Positions 62,633 to 64,000 of a stretch of DNA of 64,000 nucleotides are shown here, in pieces (the first letter of the stretch is position 1; every line of letters starts with the position of its first letter). Both the position numbers and the translations under genes were made by a program. Location: contig NC_087252.1 of NCBI RefSeq assembly GCF_037042905.1, forward strand, positions 5,148,001 through 5,212,000, read 5' to 3'. Source of the DNA: Lytechinus pictus (Eukaryota). The notes under the pieces are model-generated. The model ran no database searches. It worked only from the letters and a program-made list of their open reading frames with translations, and had not been told where the DNA came from.

Positions 62633-63080
62633 AACCGCTGAGAAACTGACTCATCACCACTGAAAAAAGAACAGTGCCATTCAATATTGTGTCATTTTGC
62701 AACTTTTGAATTTTGAAGTTGCCCCACATTTCAAGGCACTGCACCTCCATGTGAACGATTATCACATCATGGAGGATATCATTTAAAAGAAAATTAAATG
62801 ATCTGTTCATTAATAATAATTATACATTGATATTTACTAAAACCAATGTTGAATTATCGATCAAAATCAAAAGAAACCGCTGAGAAACTGACTCATCACC
62901 ACGGAAAAAAGAACGATGACATTCAATATTGTGTCATTTTGCAACTTTTGAATTTTGACCTTGCCCCACATTTCAAGGCACTGCACCTTCATGTGAACCA
63001 TAATCATATCATGGAGGATATCATTTTAAAGAGAATTAAATGCACTATTTATTTATATTAATTACTCATTGATATTTAAA
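62633..63080 (+). repeat. ~240-bp tandem duplication
   Basis: AACCGCTGAGAAACTGACTCATCACCAC at ~62633 and ~62875, with colinear downstream sequence. Confidence 0.8.
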
Positions 63081-63130
63081 ACCGAGGAGGGATTTTCGAT
63101 CAAAGTCAGATTTCCAAACTTTTTTTTAGG

Positions 63131-63214
<84 letters not shown>

Positions 63215-63345
63215 ATATGTGTGAAGTTATACATGTACTACAGCTTTGGCAACTCTTTTATTTAAATATTGTGTGAAAGAAATTGATGAAGAAAATCTGT
63301 CTATCTGACGGTCAATCGGATCGGGGTCGCCCTAGCCACTAACCC

Positions 63346-63417
63346 GTCTCTGTGGTCTAGTGGTTAAGGCACCGGCGTTCAAAGCTGGGGGCCCGGGTTC
63401 GATTCCCGGCAGAGACA
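63346..63417 (+). tRNA. tRNA-like gene, Glu-like body with TCA anticodon (repeat-borne, function unknown)
   Basis: 72-nt cloverleaf: GTCTCTG/CAGAGAC acceptor stem, CCGGC-GTTCAAA-GCTGG anticodon arm, CCGGG-TTCGATT-CCCGG T arm, followed by T6. Confidence 0.55.
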
Positions 63418-63755
63418 TTTTTTCGGCATCACCAATTTTTCCAAACAGGGTAGATAGCTCTGGGGAACCTTGATTTAAGCTACGCCTACCATTGTTCTCT
63501 TCATCAATTTCTTTCACACAATATTTAAATAAAAGAGTTGCCAAAGCTGTAGTACATGTATAACTTCACACATTTGTATACTTTCTCCCATACGTGTACT
63601 GTATCAAAGCAATAGCTTTGATCCAGCTGAGGCATGGCGGCTTGTCATTGTTCAAAACCCACCTTCACCCGACAAAGGAAATTACAATTGGTATGGTGTC
63701 GAAAATCTGTCTATCTGACGGTCAATCGGATCGGGGTCGCCCTAGCCACTAACCC

Positions 63756-63827
63756 GTCTCTGTGGTCTAGTGGTTAAGGCACCGGCGTTCAAAGCTGGGG
63801 GCCCGGGTTCGATTCCCGGCAGAGACA
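63756..63827 (+). tRNA. Second, identical tRNA-like copy with TCA anticodon
   Basis: Identical to 63346-63417. Confidence 0.55.
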
Positions 63828-63929
63828 TTTTTTCGGCATCACCAATTTTTCCAAAAAGGGTAGATAGCTCTGGGGAACCTTGATTTAAGCTACGCCTACC
63901 ATTGTTCTCTTCATCAATTTCTTTCACAC

Positions 63930-63971
<42 letters not shown>

Positions 63972-64000
63972 CCTATGTGTGTGTGTGGATTTGTTTTGTG

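Larger units (their letters stand above)
63218..63930. mobile_element. tRNA-containing repeat inserted in (TA)n: 410-bp partial tandem plus a ~75-bp terminal inversion
   Basis: Units start at 63291 and 63701. 63218-63292 is the reverse complement of ~63498-63572. (TA)n at ~63136-63217 and ~63932-63969. Confidence 0.75.

Noticed and set aside
63346..63417. Genuine selenocysteine tRNA
   Set aside because: 72 nt with a short variable loop and a 7/5 stem layout; tRNA-Sec has a long variable arm and an extended acceptor-T stem.

Overview
AT-rich, intron-containing animal DNA, dense with repeats; the repeat content suggests an echinoderm such as a sea urchin (inference). It holds one host gene, a minus-strand Ig-superfamily membrane protein. 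I rebuilt it from six phase-compatible exons (V-set, split C2-set, TM, two duplicated 150-bp coiled-coil exons), plus a possible ubiquitin-like terminal exon. The rest is mostly mobile DNA. The best candidate for an undescribed system is a 5,043-bp near-perfect palindrome at 31715-36757 with Polinton/Maverick-type ends (AGTAGT...ACTACT, 6-bp TSD CACTTA; the empty site is visible at ~57426-57457). It lacks polymerase, integrase and capsid genes. Instead it carries two identical, divergently oriented C2H2 zinc-finger genes around inverted 10-bp minisatellites and a central hairpin. A second, unrelated 4,123-bp non-coding foldback (18273-22395, 4-bp TSD AGAG) splits a tRNA-containing repeat whose intact copies fold as tRNAs with a UCA anticodon. 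Also present: a PAT-like DIRS retrotransposon with identical split direct repeats, two Penelope-like elements (one with a minimal hammerhead), LINE fragments, SINEs, and many hAT-, Kolobok-, PIF-, CACTA- and Tc1-type MITEs. All coordinates were read by eye and no database searches were run.
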